From contig OZ374563.1 of NCBI GenBank assembly GCA_977862235.1, positions 2,046,001-2,110,000 on the forward strand: 64,000 nt of DNA, read 5' to 3'. A program made the translations under genes and the position numbers. The DNA is from Dudresnaya verticillata (lineage: Eukaryota). Of the stretch, positions 11,901-21,418 are shown in pieces (the first letter of the stretch is position 1; every line of letters begins with the position of its first letter). Below the pieces are notes generated by a model that was not told the DNA's origin, did not search any database, and was given only the letters and a program-made list of their open reading frames with translations.

Positions 11901-12196
11901 CGCACGACGGAAGGCGCGGAAGCTGGGGCCAGACGATCTGGCACGACGGAGAGGGTTACCGACGCAAGATTGGCAATGCGGGAGCGGTCGGCTGGAGTTG
12001 GCGGCTGCTCCAGCGCAGGGTCCAACGGGCGAGCGAGCTGAGCGCGGCATTCTCGGATCTCTGCTATGGCTTTTGCTTGCGCTTCCGTGGAAGAGCGGGC
12101 GGCAGCAGCGTCTGCGAGAGCTGCGAGCAGGGTGGCATGGTCCGGTCTCAGCGGTTGCTCGATGAGGAGGTTGTCTTCGAGCGCCGGCCCTGGCAT
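5990..12196 (-). CDS. NUP205: Nuclear pore scaffold nucleoporin Nup205/Nup192-like (~2068 aa, intronless)
   Basis: Very long all-helical ORF, first ATG 12196. ALSDELHLNELAAGVLLYDA...AKNLFYARRRESLMYLLEVLR matches the Nup205 N-terminal pattern, and the size fits. Confidence 0.78.
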   Translation of the reverse strand: MPGPALEDNLLIEQPLRPDHATLLAALADAAAARSSTEAQAKAIAEIRECRAQLARPLDPALEQPPTPADRSRIANLASVTLSVVPDRLAPASAPSVVRLGPDLVSVAIALSDELHLNELAAGVLLYDARDHAAHRADHDVVASAKNLFYARRRESLMYLLEVLRAGLLATPSAADQDVDAFIPRLMLERDALVAEHGIFTNITTRLTEGIKTANAHTGPQRNPRALQKGEAVLLAETLFLLAYTVQLSSDEALALRKLLDIVDEVFRRAEEAELRATKAGRQAIPFSEPQSSERDGKNVESQLLEVMSPQLVEVESVRNLVLLAWMCALDRSRDHDIYDPRSGQNGVNVLLKNLDFIPRTTAVPPLVENQDANICNVSKAQAAAELVGALFRLAVASPDEEEAKLTALRFCAYGGALSFLGHDLTSWIGKRAGSLCADTDLYADVVEDLALDIAEASQFVNAFISFTQQEVSAASAEVAYAAFEGSNSGVPSHGRGAAASPLQPTSSSDPRRYSYGSRENGSGPSKRNSVPGLPPRGKPPRQPSGRNSSRPLSLLGSTPIARPSVSFSESPNERSEQKDNGALQDAASKKRSTTNLISALAIFLAEAISLAPSKLSTDSMGGGLRYWSGIGAPSAGVIHQIGDAVIDLGDATMGNLYAPGGLGEVYRESLAALLTLLARVSQKDGCPSHAAASLQYLRDSGQTAVTLDRASQAISHYQNMFSTSTSRRGAPEFNESDVNVLRGVLDVVANAAESLGPHGGISLVLGEAITELGMRISSLAVYDVPSTLKESLIGCMSGLGNRRAISGFLESMANDKAAPLRHFLRSVEAQSGTFDVTIKVLSLAAGCISWGDDEFPDAAVEAVTVWFAIEEVLAFWSRRKYDMESHRWHVLGAAASLIHEVVRRNPRSESAMRILGRLLTPAPGTGAASYALRALVCSAGLMRSSDEHGQRFSDGPVGANHYGVAGRDSLIQAAERGLGDAYRQMQTAAKVAARLVAVLLSTPSGRIAVHGVVVAPASDLLLGEAKGLSCAASLVFTVDNFTPVILRAGYEPAVCASILNMLACAANESPSIAAILTRDLLGSAGSAAQFRASLANIVARSTTENMASAGNSRGKQSEDPPIMLSALRLVEASLGDGGNAPGIFMLGLQLDSSGLYASADYGVLSALVELVAGAHDSTGRVDDKCRSTAATFLESLAATTVRKTSLAVLEHLKEIAEPSDPNIRGGGFADEMLFRILEAVGSRELHSFSGDVDWAALGELLTACMSLSALQVRLFPRYEIETCTSVRGSRRIGIPRGNAIQSSAIPSPLDLLKVLSLTASSGAILIAASGLRTWCHLLGARLAVHERNTGYSSVPLLFELTSVLLGALAGADSGNELSTLVRRDGGKMAASIVLLCITRMRDCDNPFEPGSEEYIGDAQCTALLTGVVRAISGVVGVGADEAFARTSLYAALLVCGSLARNRVSDDAIGRAFGGRLGPRQVSGAEAVLSAACADAISGPRAGARTAAIAAISFTTVLDPVRSMPALGSQNRLRRVVQKALADPETRRLISSACSNSRGTSDENSLEASRERAAVAVAEAAISLIHAVSSVGHGARVIADSGCVESAGSLLPVLMSSRLFDYGSGNEGLIGDAHSTRNPRTPSRARRDRDADVNEDEMADDPTYGNGSRMVGIDTHKDADDEENRVSMIASVTGAIAAAICCANGAVVDSTLTALDDGKTVLSDLLRGLRAPRGHLLEAVSSMGMIISRIPYELLTSAASPMHLRISLASVLGAVIPPVSSSYQIGGSGSLLSAGINLRTPANRKEARRMSITHPEGGTLFERDLVVARAACAQNVLAALRCPAGVLFLFLSQLGERQRGDGSLADAGSASRHQQHAAMGRLSEVVRVSKAALKEMQRSAEESMQIDTRIAGETGISISSRRVSELSAYCQEEFRSKSDTLNGQIVIDCLKKSSTAARNLADVCISIFESALFILREFVRTARETVRGYPPVRRGPSIFSEDGAESQDDQGAAMSVADAEMLLSDAKNMLVPICKEVEGLAGGIWGSKDSSFCKQLCRQIRTACTGRG

Positions 12197-12738
12197 TTCT
12201 GGGGTGCACGAATGCCGAGGCGCAAGCAGCAATAGAGAAGTGGTGGGCCTGGCTTCGTCGTCGTAGTGGAGTTTGGGGACTACGGAGTTGCTGAGGAGGA
12301 GGGCTTCATGGTCCTGGGCAGAAACGCGGCCTCCAATGAAGCATGCAAGGGATCAAGCGCCAGATTTGAAAGCGCGGGATGTCCGGCAAAAGCGGATCAA
12401 AAAGATGGGGAAAATAATCGGAAAGAATCGCTCCTCGTTATTCGGGGCGCGCCCGCGGGAGGTGTTTGAAAGCGCCAACACGGCTCTGAAGGCATTCAAG
12501 TCGAGCCCAATAGTAAGGTCGACACGAAGAGAAGCTAGACAATGAGGACGACTAACATTTGCCAGCGTTCGCAACCCTTGTTCCACAACTGAACCGTGTT
12601 GCACTGTGAAGCGGACTCCCCAAGTCCGACACGAGCAGAGCTCGATTGTTTACAAGTTATGTCCTGCATCTTTGTTAGTGTATAAAAACCTACCATCTGA
12701 TTCTACATCAACACTCGCAAGCCTTCAAAAACTAGACA

Positions 12739-15700
12739 TCAACTTGAGCTGTCGCCTCGCTTCTCGGAGCTTGGAGCTGAAGGTGACGGTTTCTCCGCGT
12801 CACCCTTGCGCCCGACTCCCCAATCTTTTCGCGAAGCCGAGTTCGGCGAAATCGCGTCGAGCTCTCTGCTAGAACCTGAACCCCCGCTGCGAGGGCTATC
12901 GTCACTCGCTGGAGTTCCAATTTGATCGAGCAAGCCTTTGTAATGCAGCGAGTCAAACACATTGCGATTAGACCCTCGCCGCCTGCTGTAGCCGCTGTTG
13001 GGTCCATCATCCGCAAGAGAGTTTCGACCGTTCAATGCTTCCGCAGTCGGCGTCCCTACTCGCATTTGGCTCCCGAGCGCATCATCCATGTCGAAACTAG
13101 GATCCATATCTCCAAGCAAGTCCTTATCAAACTCATCTGTCTCGTCACCGAATGGCAAGTTGAGAGGCTCCCTTTTCGAGAATCGGTGGGAACGGTCTGG
13201 TCTCGTCTCAGTCTGTGGTCCCCCTTCCTTGCTTGCCTGGCTACGGGAACGGGGCAGTTTCGCCCTCCCACCGCTTGTCGGAATCGAGGAAGCAGAGTGG
13301 CTTCCTGACGAATTTGAACCCGAAGCTCCCGTACCGGATCCTACGCCCCCTGGTTTGCTGTCTAGACGTGCTGAAATGTTTGGAAGGCCCCCAGATTGCC
13401 GTCGTTGAAGACTTCCTCCTTTGACGAATGCAGGAGCTCTCGGCAGACTCCTGCGATTGGGTCGAGATCCACTAAACTTGCTTTCCCCCGTTCTACCCCG
13501 GCCACTCTCCCCACTTGCACTTCGATCAGTACCGCTCGGCCTTGGTCGGGTTTCCAGCATTTCATCCTCATCATCGAGCTTGATACCGCGTGGAATACGA
13601 GATCCTTTTGGAGACAGGCTAAGGAATGCACCGCCGACTACTGCATCCCTACTGCGTGGACTCCTCCTCACTAGAGCCTCCTTCGAATCGTCACTAGACT
13701 TGTTTTGATCAGGTTCTCCTCCGCTCGGCAAAAGCATCCTATCAGATTTTCTTCTATTGAGACGACTGTTGCCTAAGACAGGTCCAGAGCTTTCCTTTTC
13801 ATTCGATCCCTGCCGTTCGACGCTGTTCTCAGTTGGTCTAGAACGACTAGAGTCTGCTGAATCAGCTGCCCTTGGTGATGACACGGACGTACGGAATGGC
13901 TTCCTCCTCATACGAGAACCACCCGGCGAACTTTCCCCTTCGTCGCGCTTGCTCTCCTGGGCTACGCCAATGATTGATGCGACGGAAGACACTTCATGGG
14001 ACCGACGTCGTGCTAGTCTTGGGGCATCGCCTTCCTCAAGCGGTATCCCTGAGCTTGACCGGCTTGTGAAAGATCCCTTGCGGCGGAGAACCTGTACCCC
14101 TTCGTCTAAATCAGGGTTAAGATTCAAACTCAGTCGAGAAATAGCTGAGCGTCGAGCAGAAGCCCCCCCATCGCCCCCTAATCCAAATGATGAATCTTCT
14201 CTGCTGTCATGCGAGGACACCAGCTTGTGTCCGACGGAATCAAGATCTGCCAACACATCTTCCTCATCAGTGACATCCACTACTTCCTCCTCCTCCACAT
14301 CATCATCAGAAGAACCTATTCTAACGGCAACACCTGCGAAGTCGTCGTCATCATTGTCTGAAACTTGGGTGAACAATAATGGCCCAGACTCGACAGGAAT
14401 CGTCCCCTTTGTACCTGTTGAGAACTCGTCGTCTTCTATGACATCCTCCTCGATAAACTCCTTGCCTTCCCCATCAGCGATCTGCTCACCGTCCATACCA
14501 CCATCGGATTCTGGTGTATCCTTTTGTGGTATTAAATCACCCACAAACGCCAAGTCCGCAGCCGGAATTGCCTGTTCCGCCAGATCTTCTTCAATCTCCT
14601 CATCTCCCTCACTTCCCCCAAACTCGGCTGAGTCTGCAAACTCTACACCCCCGTCGCCGTCCGGCGTACCGTCCGCATTGACGTGTTCTTCATCAGCAGC
14701 CACTTCTAAACCTTGCTCAGATTCATCATCTACAAGCTGAACTCCGTCTTCTTTTTCGTCTTCAAATTCATAAGCTTCCTCGTCGTCCTCATATCCGTCG
14801 TTGTATGCATCCTCAACCCTATCATTCTCTTCAGCAGCACCAATCAGCTCTGTCTCCTCTCCTCCGATAATCTCCGTGTTAGCGAACGCCTCTAACGTGC
14901 GGCAATAGGCCTCCATCTGCGATACCTGCATTTGCTTTGGCAATGGAGGAAACCACAACTCAATTTTAGACGAGTCGCTTCCCTCATAGCCATCGTCATG
15001 ATGCCTGTTCATGGACATGAAAGTTGTTGCATGACGAGTGAAGCTCTGCATCTGCGAGTTAGACTTCTTATTAATGGAGTTGAAATGAATCTCAAGCAAT
15101 GATTGACTGCGTTCGCGAACTTCATCATCCCAGTCATGTTTCAAGTTGTCGAGACATCGTAGTAAGCGACCAGGTGGTGCAGGAACCGCCTGGACTACAT
15201 GACCATTCAATTCTCTTGCCCTGATGTACGATTCTAAAAGCCGCATACCCCAGACCCGAGTCTCGCGGATATCACTTTTCAAAAGCTCTTCAGCTCGTGG
15301 GAAGACCTGACTCAGTACAAACTCATTTAGCTGAGCTGTTCGCTGTCGTGCCACACCTCGACCCTTGGCCATAATAGAAGAGTAGATGGCCACGTCAAGG
15401 ATAGCACATACCACCCACAATGCCAATGCGTTTAGAGTACGCCATGGTGAGCCTACCAGGCGATTAACGGCATCCCACAGAGGCTCAATATGCTCAAAGG
15501 CAATAACGCTTGCTCCAGTCGAGCGACCTCGAAGGGCGTTGAGCATACAACCCTTTAAATATTCCAAACAGGCCCGTTGTACAACAAAGTCGACATACTT
15601 TCCGATCCCAAGACTGGACGTTATAAAGGCACACAGCATTTGCCAACCCCTTTCCTCGAAAGCAAGTTGTGACGCAGACGTATCCTCTCCGTGAAAGGCG

Positions 15701-18700
15701 CATGACCCGCCTTCTGCGTAAATTTCCTGCATCCGACGCTCCAGTTGCGCTTCTAGTCCTTCCTTGTCCCCATTACTACTCAGAGGTTCCTTAATATCCT
15801 CGACCTTGTGTGCAGAGCCCGCACTCGTCAGGGCTCCGGAATCAACCCTGTCCTGTGCTTGTGTTGTGGTGGCAGCCCCGACAGGTGCGTCTCTCTCACC
15901 CGAAGAAGAAAGTTCGGTTATTCCATTGGCATTTTCCGCTACTCCTACGCCAGTAGTAGATGGGACTGACCCGGTCCCGAAGACAGAAGCTTCAGTTGCT
16001 CCGTTATTCCCTTGCGATGGCACAAGCACCATGGCTTTCTGAGCCAGGAAAAGAACGTCAAGCGAGGCAGCGAAAATTTCGAAGCCCGCAAGGCGAACTC
16101 TTCCGTCCCCATGATCTTGCATGGCAAGACATGTGCCAAAGATATCTCCAAGCACTGCACCAACATATTCGCGATGCGTCCGAGCTCGAGCGCAAGCGTG
16201 CAGACAACGCACAGCAAGAGCAGCATGCTCGACAAACGCGTCAATCTTCTCTCCCATGTAGCTTGGCCCACCGCGCTTCTTCGCGGCACGTCCAAGCGCA
16301 TCAAACCTATCAAAGCAGGAGGCCAAAACAACATGTATGTACAGAGATTTTGCCATTGAGTCTGCCTTTGGTGTGGAGGAGGTGAACTGCATCCGTCTAG
16401 TGAAGGAACCAGTATTGGATCTGTTCAACTTGGGAAAGCCATTAGATATTCTTTGTTTTCCCAGCGAAGGGTCCACGAGAGCTCGCAAAGAGCTTACTGC
16501 AAGATCTGCTCGTTTCGGGACGCTCAAAGCCACAATTGATGCAAGCAGTTCCAAAGAAGCCTCAGTTCGAGCTTGAAACTTTTCTCCTTGATCTCCAAGA
16601 CCGTGGATTAAGAGAGCAAGATCCTTGGCCATCAAATCCTCAGCGACGGCTTCATTAAGTACATCCATCAAATCAAACGCTTCCTCATGTACAGACTGCG
16701 GAAACCACTGCAAATGCGCACGATGAATGCTAATAAACGTGACCTCATGTGCAGATGCGGGTACAGCCGGTAACTTGTACATGGGTGTATTCAGCTCATG
16801 TTGCAAGCCTCTGGAAGCTACAAACAGAAGCTTCAGCATGCCTTTCGGAGGCGCAGAGTGACTCATGCGATCAACGCACCATCCCAACACTGCCCGTATT
16901 GGCGCATATCTCACGCATTCTGTAGTCCTTGCGACTGGTAGGAGGCTTAATACTGCCCAATAGCTTTCGAAGAGCTCGTCCAAGACTTCCGCGACAACCT
17001 TTAGTTGCGACTTGATATCACCAAACTCGTACAAATTGTTGCTCTCATGCGGGCCGTTGCCGCTTGCAACAGCCTCGTGGTAGCTCACATCTACGAGACT
17101 GCTCATTAGCAAATCAGCAATGGCACATCCAAGCATATCCTGGAGGGAAATAGCCAACTGCAAACTGACTTCGTCTTCGTCGCTGAGCTCTAGTGCATTG
17201 CAAACCTCACGTATCAAGGCAAGCAACCTGCCTAGCGTATGCCGGTCGACCACCTCAATCCTCCGCCGTCGCTTCTTCAACACATCCTGCAAAACCTGAC
17301 TGTTCCCAGGAACCAGGTACTCCTCCTTGACAATCTCGAGCTCAGGATCGCTTTCATGTTCCAGGTCCCCGTATTCAAAGCCTGGTCTAGTCGTGTCCAC
17401 AAGAAGCTTGGGTATGTAATCTCTCAACACCTTTATGTGTTCGCCAAAACTTGCAATAGTATTTCCATATGCAGATTGCTTGAGTGCCTGTGCAATGGCA
17501 TCCCAGGTGTGCAACGCAGTACGGCGTAGAAGCAGAGTCGTTCGAGGGCTTCCATCTTTAGGAATCAAAATGTTCAAAACTCGTGTTACCAGTGATGGGG
17601 GAACATTCGCGTCCACGCCCAAGATACTAACGACAAGATAAATAACCCTCAGCCCTTGGGCTACTGCAGTTGGCATCATCTCGTCAGCTTCCTCGTCAGC
17701 GTCTGCATCGTACGATAGGTAGTCCGACTCTTGAAACACTTCCATAAATACTGGAATGAGGGTTTTCTCAAACAGGTCCTTCAAGACGCTATGTTCAGTC
17801 AACGGAAACAGTCTGCAGCATATGTCTATCAGACGCTCAAAGCAGTCCTCCATCGAATCGTAAGAAAAAGACGCCGCCGCCGCACGCTCACGAGCACCAA
17901 ACGTTGTGCATGTCGGGTACGAACGCAGAACTTGATCCAAAATGCCGGCCATATGCCTGGCAATGGCGCAACCCAATTGCTCGCTAATAAACTCAATCAT
18001 TCTCGAAGAGGCCATCTTCACCGCTAGCGAGTTGGACTCGGAAAGAAACTTGACTAGAGCGGTAAGCAGGCCTTCCAGCATACTCAAAAGCTCGGTCCGC
18101 AAATCCAAGAACTCAGTCTCGAGGTCTCGCACATCGCGAGGGGATGCATCCAAGGGCGGACGCAGCCCTTTTGCAGTAGCTGCAACTTGAACCAAACGCA
18201 CGATTCCGTCGTTCGACATTGGCATGTGCTCAAAGAACGCATGCGCAGAAAGCAAATTGAGCTCTGCAGCCCAAGCAAAGGCATCATCAACGGCACAGCC
18301 CGCTTTGGCATCAGCATTGGCGACACACACGGTAAGCTCGGAAGCGCGTTGCAAAAGCTCGGCGGCTTGGCGGTAGCGACGATTACCCAGAAACGCCAGG
18401 CCGAGGAGGCCGTCGACCTCCGCCTTGTCGGCCATATTTGCATTCACGCCGAGGCGTGCAGACGAGTTGAGAAGGATCTTGATTCGGTTGGCGGCAGGGG
18501 TTTGGCCGCGCACATAGCCGACGACGACAATGCCCAAGGTGCGCAAATCCGCGGTGTCGGATGCGGCATCGTCAGAGTCGGAACTGCGGCGTCGGCGCTG
18601 CGGCGAGGATTTCGGGGGCTCGTCGTCGTCCATGTCGGTTATTGTAAGGCGCAGCGAGTCGGCGGCGCGTCGGACCTCCATGACCTTCTTCCGCGGGGGC

Positions 18701-19281
18701 GGCTGGTCCGACTTTGCGTCTTCATCATCATTGGCCGCTGTATGGTCGACCGAGGTGGGCGAGTCGGCGCGTGTTTCATCGTTCTTGTTGGCGTTGTTGT
18801 CCTTATCGCCATTGTCATTTTCATTGTCGTCGACGTCGCCATCGGCATCATCTAGCGGTTTGGCTTGGAATGCAGGCTTTTCGGAAGGCTTTCCGGGGGC
18901 GACATCCACAACGGTTGAGGGAGTAGCGCGTGGTTCATCCTTCTTTGGAGACGGTTCCTGTTCATTCGGGGCGAGGCGATTGGCATCGTATCCATCATAC
19001 ACAAGCTCATAGTCTCCATTGGAGAGTGTTCGCTCAATAGCAATGTCATTCAAGGCGGGGAGGACCGACTCGGGGACGTACGGGAGCTTGACAGCGACGG
19101 AGAGGACGAAGCAGCGCGCGGGGAGATCGACGCGGAAGCGCAGACGGCGTCCGGGCGGGGCGTTGGGGCGGGGCGGGTGGGCGGCGGCGCCCTCGAGGTA
19201 GCAGCGCGACGCGAGGCCCTCCAGGGCGTACGTGTACTTTCCCCACGGGACGTCCGGGTCGTCGGCTGCGTACGGCGGCAT
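12739..19281 (-). CDS. Large hypothetical protein (~2180 aa) with TPR/HEAT-like helical core and an acidic, Ser/Arg-rich disordered C-terminus
   Basis: Uninterrupted ORF, first ATG 19281 (MPPYAADD). TPR-like LLGLAFLGNRRYRQAAELLQRA; HEAT-like DGRVRLAGFEIF and DWDDEVRERSQSLL. Confidence 0.85.
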   Translation of the reverse strand: MPPYAADDPDVPWGKYTYALEGLASRCYLEGAAAHPPRPNAPPGRRLRFRVDLPARCFVLSVAVKLPYVPESVLPALNDIAIERTLSNGDYELVYDGYDANRLAPNEQEPSPKKDEPRATPSTVVDVAPGKPSEKPAFQAKPLDDADGDVDDNENDNGDKDNNANKNDETRADSPTSVDHTAANDDEDAKSDQPPPRKKVMEVRRAADSLRLTITDMDDDEPPKSSPQRRRRSSDSDDAASDTADLRTLGIVVVGYVRGQTPAANRIKILLNSSARLGVNANMADKAEVDGLLGLAFLGNRRYRQAAELLQRASELTVCVANADAKAGCAVDDAFAWAAELNLLSAHAFFEHMPMSNDGIVRLVQVAATAKGLRPPLDASPRDVRDLETEFLDLRTELLSMLEGLLTALVKFLSESNSLAVKMASSRMIEFISEQLGCAIARHMAGILDQVLRSYPTCTTFGARERAAAASFSYDSMEDCFERLIDICCRLFPLTEHSVLKDLFEKTLIPVFMEVFQESDYLSYDADADEEADEMMPTAVAQGLRVIYLVVSILGVDANVPPSLVTRVLNILIPKDGSPRTTLLLRRTALHTWDAIAQALKQSAYGNTIASFGEHIKVLRDYIPKLLVDTTRPGFEYGDLEHESDPELEIVKEEYLVPGNSQVLQDVLKKRRRRIEVVDRHTLGRLLALIREVCNALELSDEDEVSLQLAISLQDMLGCAIADLLMSSLVDVSYHEAVASGNGPHESNNLYEFGDIKSQLKVVAEVLDELFESYWAVLSLLPVARTTECVRYAPIRAVLGWCVDRMSHSAPPKGMLKLLFVASRGLQHELNTPMYKLPAVPASAHEVTFISIHRAHLQWFPQSVHEEAFDLMDVLNEAVAEDLMAKDLALLIHGLGDQGEKFQARTEASLELLASIVALSVPKRADLAVSSLRALVDPSLGKQRISNGFPKLNRSNTGSFTRRMQFTSSTPKADSMAKSLYIHVVLASCFDRFDALGRAAKKRGGPSYMGEKIDAFVEHAALAVRCLHACARARTHREYVGAVLGDIFGTCLAMQDHGDGRVRLAGFEIFAASLDVLFLAQKAMVLVPSQGNNGATEASVFGTGSVPSTTGVGVAENANGITELSSSGERDAPVGAATTTQAQDRVDSGALTSAGSAHKVEDIKEPLSSNGDKEGLEAQLERRMQEIYAEGGSCAFHGEDTSASQLAFEERGWQMLCAFITSSLGIGKYVDFVVQRACLEYLKGCMLNALRGRSTGASVIAFEHIEPLWDAVNRLVGSPWRTLNALALWVVCAILDVAIYSSIMAKGRGVARQRTAQLNEFVLSQVFPRAEELLKSDIRETRVWGMRLLESYIRARELNGHVVQAVPAPPGRLLRCLDNLKHDWDDEVRERSQSLLEIHFNSINKKSNSQMQSFTRHATTFMSMNRHHDDGYEGSDSSKIELWFPPLPKQMQVSQMEAYCRTLEAFANTEIIGGEETELIGAAEENDRVEDAYNDGYEDDEEAYEFEDEKEDGVQLVDDESEQGLEVAADEEHVNADGTPDGDGGVEFADSAEFGGSEGDEEIEEDLAEQAIPAADLAFVGDLIPQKDTPESDGGMDGEQIADGEGKEFIEEDVIEDDEFSTGTKGTIPVESGPLLFTQVSDNDDDDFAGVAVRIGSSDDDVEEEEVVDVTDEEDVLADLDSVGHKLVSSHDSREDSSFGLGGDGGASARRSAISRLSLNLNPDLDEGVQVLRRKGSFTSRSSSGIPLEEGDAPRLARRRSHEVSSVASIIGVAQESKRDEGESSPGGSRMRRKPFRTSVSSPRAADSADSSRSRPTENSVERQGSNEKESSGPVLGNSRLNRRKSDRMLLPSGGEPDQNKSSDDSKEALVRRSPRSRDAVVGGAFLSLSPKGSRIPRGIKLDDEDEMLETRPRPSGTDRSASGESGRGRTGESKFSGSRPNRRSLPRAPAFVKGGSLQRRQSGGLPNISARLDSKPGGVGSGTGASGSNSSGSHSASSIPTSGGRAKLPRSRSQASKEGGPQTETRPDRSHRFSKREPLNLPFGDETDEFDKDLLGDMDPSFDMDDALGSQMRVGTPTAEALNGRNSLADDGPNSGYSRRRGSNRNVFDSLHYKGLLDQIGTPASDDSPRSGGSGSSRELDAISPNSASRKDWGVGRKGDAEKPSPSAPSSEKRGDSSS

Positions 19282-21129
19282 GGCGGGGACGCGGCGTGGG
19301 CGCGGCGCGCGATGCGCGGCATGCGATGCGATGCGATGCGGCGCGCGGCACGCGGCACGCGGCGCGGCGCGGCGCTCGCTGTCCGGCGCGGCGCGGCGCG
19401 GCGGAGGGTGGGCGGCGGCGGCGGCGGCAGCGGAGGGGGCGGTGTGGCGGTGCGGGTGCAAGGCGCGGCGCGGCGCGGCGCGGCGCGGCGCGGATGTGGG
19501 CGGGTGTGGGCGGGGAGGGGGGCGGGGGCGGGGGCGGGGGCGGGGGGCGGGGCGGGTGTGCGTGTCAGGCGGCGGGGAGCGGATGAGCGTGTCCGCGCGG
19601 TGGGGGAGGCGGGCGGGGTGTGCTCTCTGACAGTGCGCGTGGGGGATTTGCGAGAGTTTTGGCCGCAGCGATTGCTGCGGAAAATTTGGAGTTGCGCTTC
19701 GGTTGCGGGCGGACTGGAACAGCAATGGAGATTTGCTGCGGTGGGCGCGGAGCTGTTTGGCGCGCGCGGATCAGGATGCGCGGGTCGCGATCCACGTACT
19801 GCGCGGTGGAACACGCGAATCGCGATTGCGCGCGGGCGCATCCGGATGGCGGGCAACGCGGCGCGACGCGACAGGTCGTGAAGCCATTGGTTGTCTCGGG
19901 AGCGAGGCCACGGCGCTGGATACTGCTACGTGTACAGACCGGAGATCAATTGCATTACAACCGCGCGGATTCAATTATGTAGCAATGTGTAGCTTTCGCC
20001 GTGCTGCCGCACACACGAGCAACGCCCGCGAGCAGCAGCGGCTCTCAGCAGCTCACGTAACACCGCGAAGGGAAACATCAAGCGCCGCGGCAGTCTGTGT
20101 GCACACAACTCCCGCGAGTACTGTTAGTTTGCGACACTCGCGCCGCGGCCGCGGCTGCTGCGGCCGTCCCCCTCGCGCCGCCAAACCGCCGCGTCGCGTC
20201 GCGTCGCACGCTCGCACGCTCGCACGCCCGCACGCTCGCTCGCACCGCGTCCAAACATCGCCGCCGCCCGCGCGCACCCACCGCGCCGCCGCCAAACCGC
20301 AGCGCGGCCCGCGCTGTTTCCGCCGCGCCGGCCACGGCCACCACCGCCGCCACCACCACGCGCGCAAGCAAGGCAAAGCAGCGAGCGCAGCGGCGACGCG
20401 CCGCGCCGCGCCGCCGCCTCGCCGCGCGTTCGATACCGCACGTATGCGCGCGCGCACGCGGCAACGAGCCGCATCTGGCACTGCGACTCGCGGTCGCGGA
20501 CGCGGGCAACGCGGCGGCGGCGCGGCGGCGCTCGCGCGCCAAGTGTCCGCGCGCGGCGCGGCGCGAGCCAAACAGCGGCGACGGGCGCGCGACGCGGAGA
20601 GCAAGCGCGGGGCAGGGCGGAGAGAGGCGGCGGGCAGGCGCGGCTGTCCGCGCTGGTCGCAGCCCAAACATCGGCGCGCGCGGCGGCGACGGCCGACTGA
20701 CCGGCGGCAAAGCAGTGCGCTATGTACATGTGTGCGGGAGCGTCGGTCGCCACGCGTCACGCGGCCGCTCGCGCGCGCGGCGGCGGCACCGCGCGCCGGA
20801 CGTGGCGCGCCGCGGTTGGCGCCAAAAGCGCGCGACTCGCCGCAAATCCGCGCCGCGCCGCGCCGCCGCGCGCCTCCACGTATCATACTGTACGCGCGGC
20901 CCGCGCGCCCTCTCCGCAGAGCCGTGCTGCGCTGCGCTGCGCTGCTGTGCCGCTGCCGCTGCCGCTGCCGCTGCCGCTGCCGCCGCGCGTCACCCAGTCA
21001 CCCACCGCCCGCCGCGCGCGCGCCCCCCCTTCACACGCACACCCCCCCCCCCCCCCCCCTCGTTGCAACAACCCAACCGCGCGCCCCGCCCGCCCCCGTC
21101 CCGCCCCACCCCCGCAGCCCTACCCGCGC
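19282..21129. promoter_or_regulatory. Extremely GC-rich divergent intergenic/5'UTR island with short tandem repeats
   Basis: Lies between head-to-head ATGs at 19281(-) and 21130(+). Contains (GATGC)n, (GCGGC)n, (CCGCTG)n, G-tracts at 19497-19556 and a C18 run at 21042-21059. Confidence 0.6.
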
Positions 21130-21384
21130 ATGGACTTCCACTCCGCCCGCCGCCTCTTCGAGGCCGCATCGGCCTCCCCGACACCTCCTCCCTCTTCCGC
21201 TTCTCCCGCTTCCGCGTCCTCGCCACCCGCGCGCGCGTCCAAGCCGCCCAGCCCAAGCCCAAGCCCCGCCCCGCCAAAGCCGAGCCGCACCGCCCCGGCC
21301 CCGGACCCCACCCTGTCGCAGGTCTCCTCGGCCACGTCTGTCGCCGCGCGCGCGCCTGCACGCCCGGCCGTCGCGCCCGCCGCC

Positions 21385-21418
<34 letters not shown>

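Noticed and set aside
6276..19012. Many plus-strand ORFs such as 13757-14740 (327 aa)
   Set aside because: Antisense shadows of the two long minus-strand genes.
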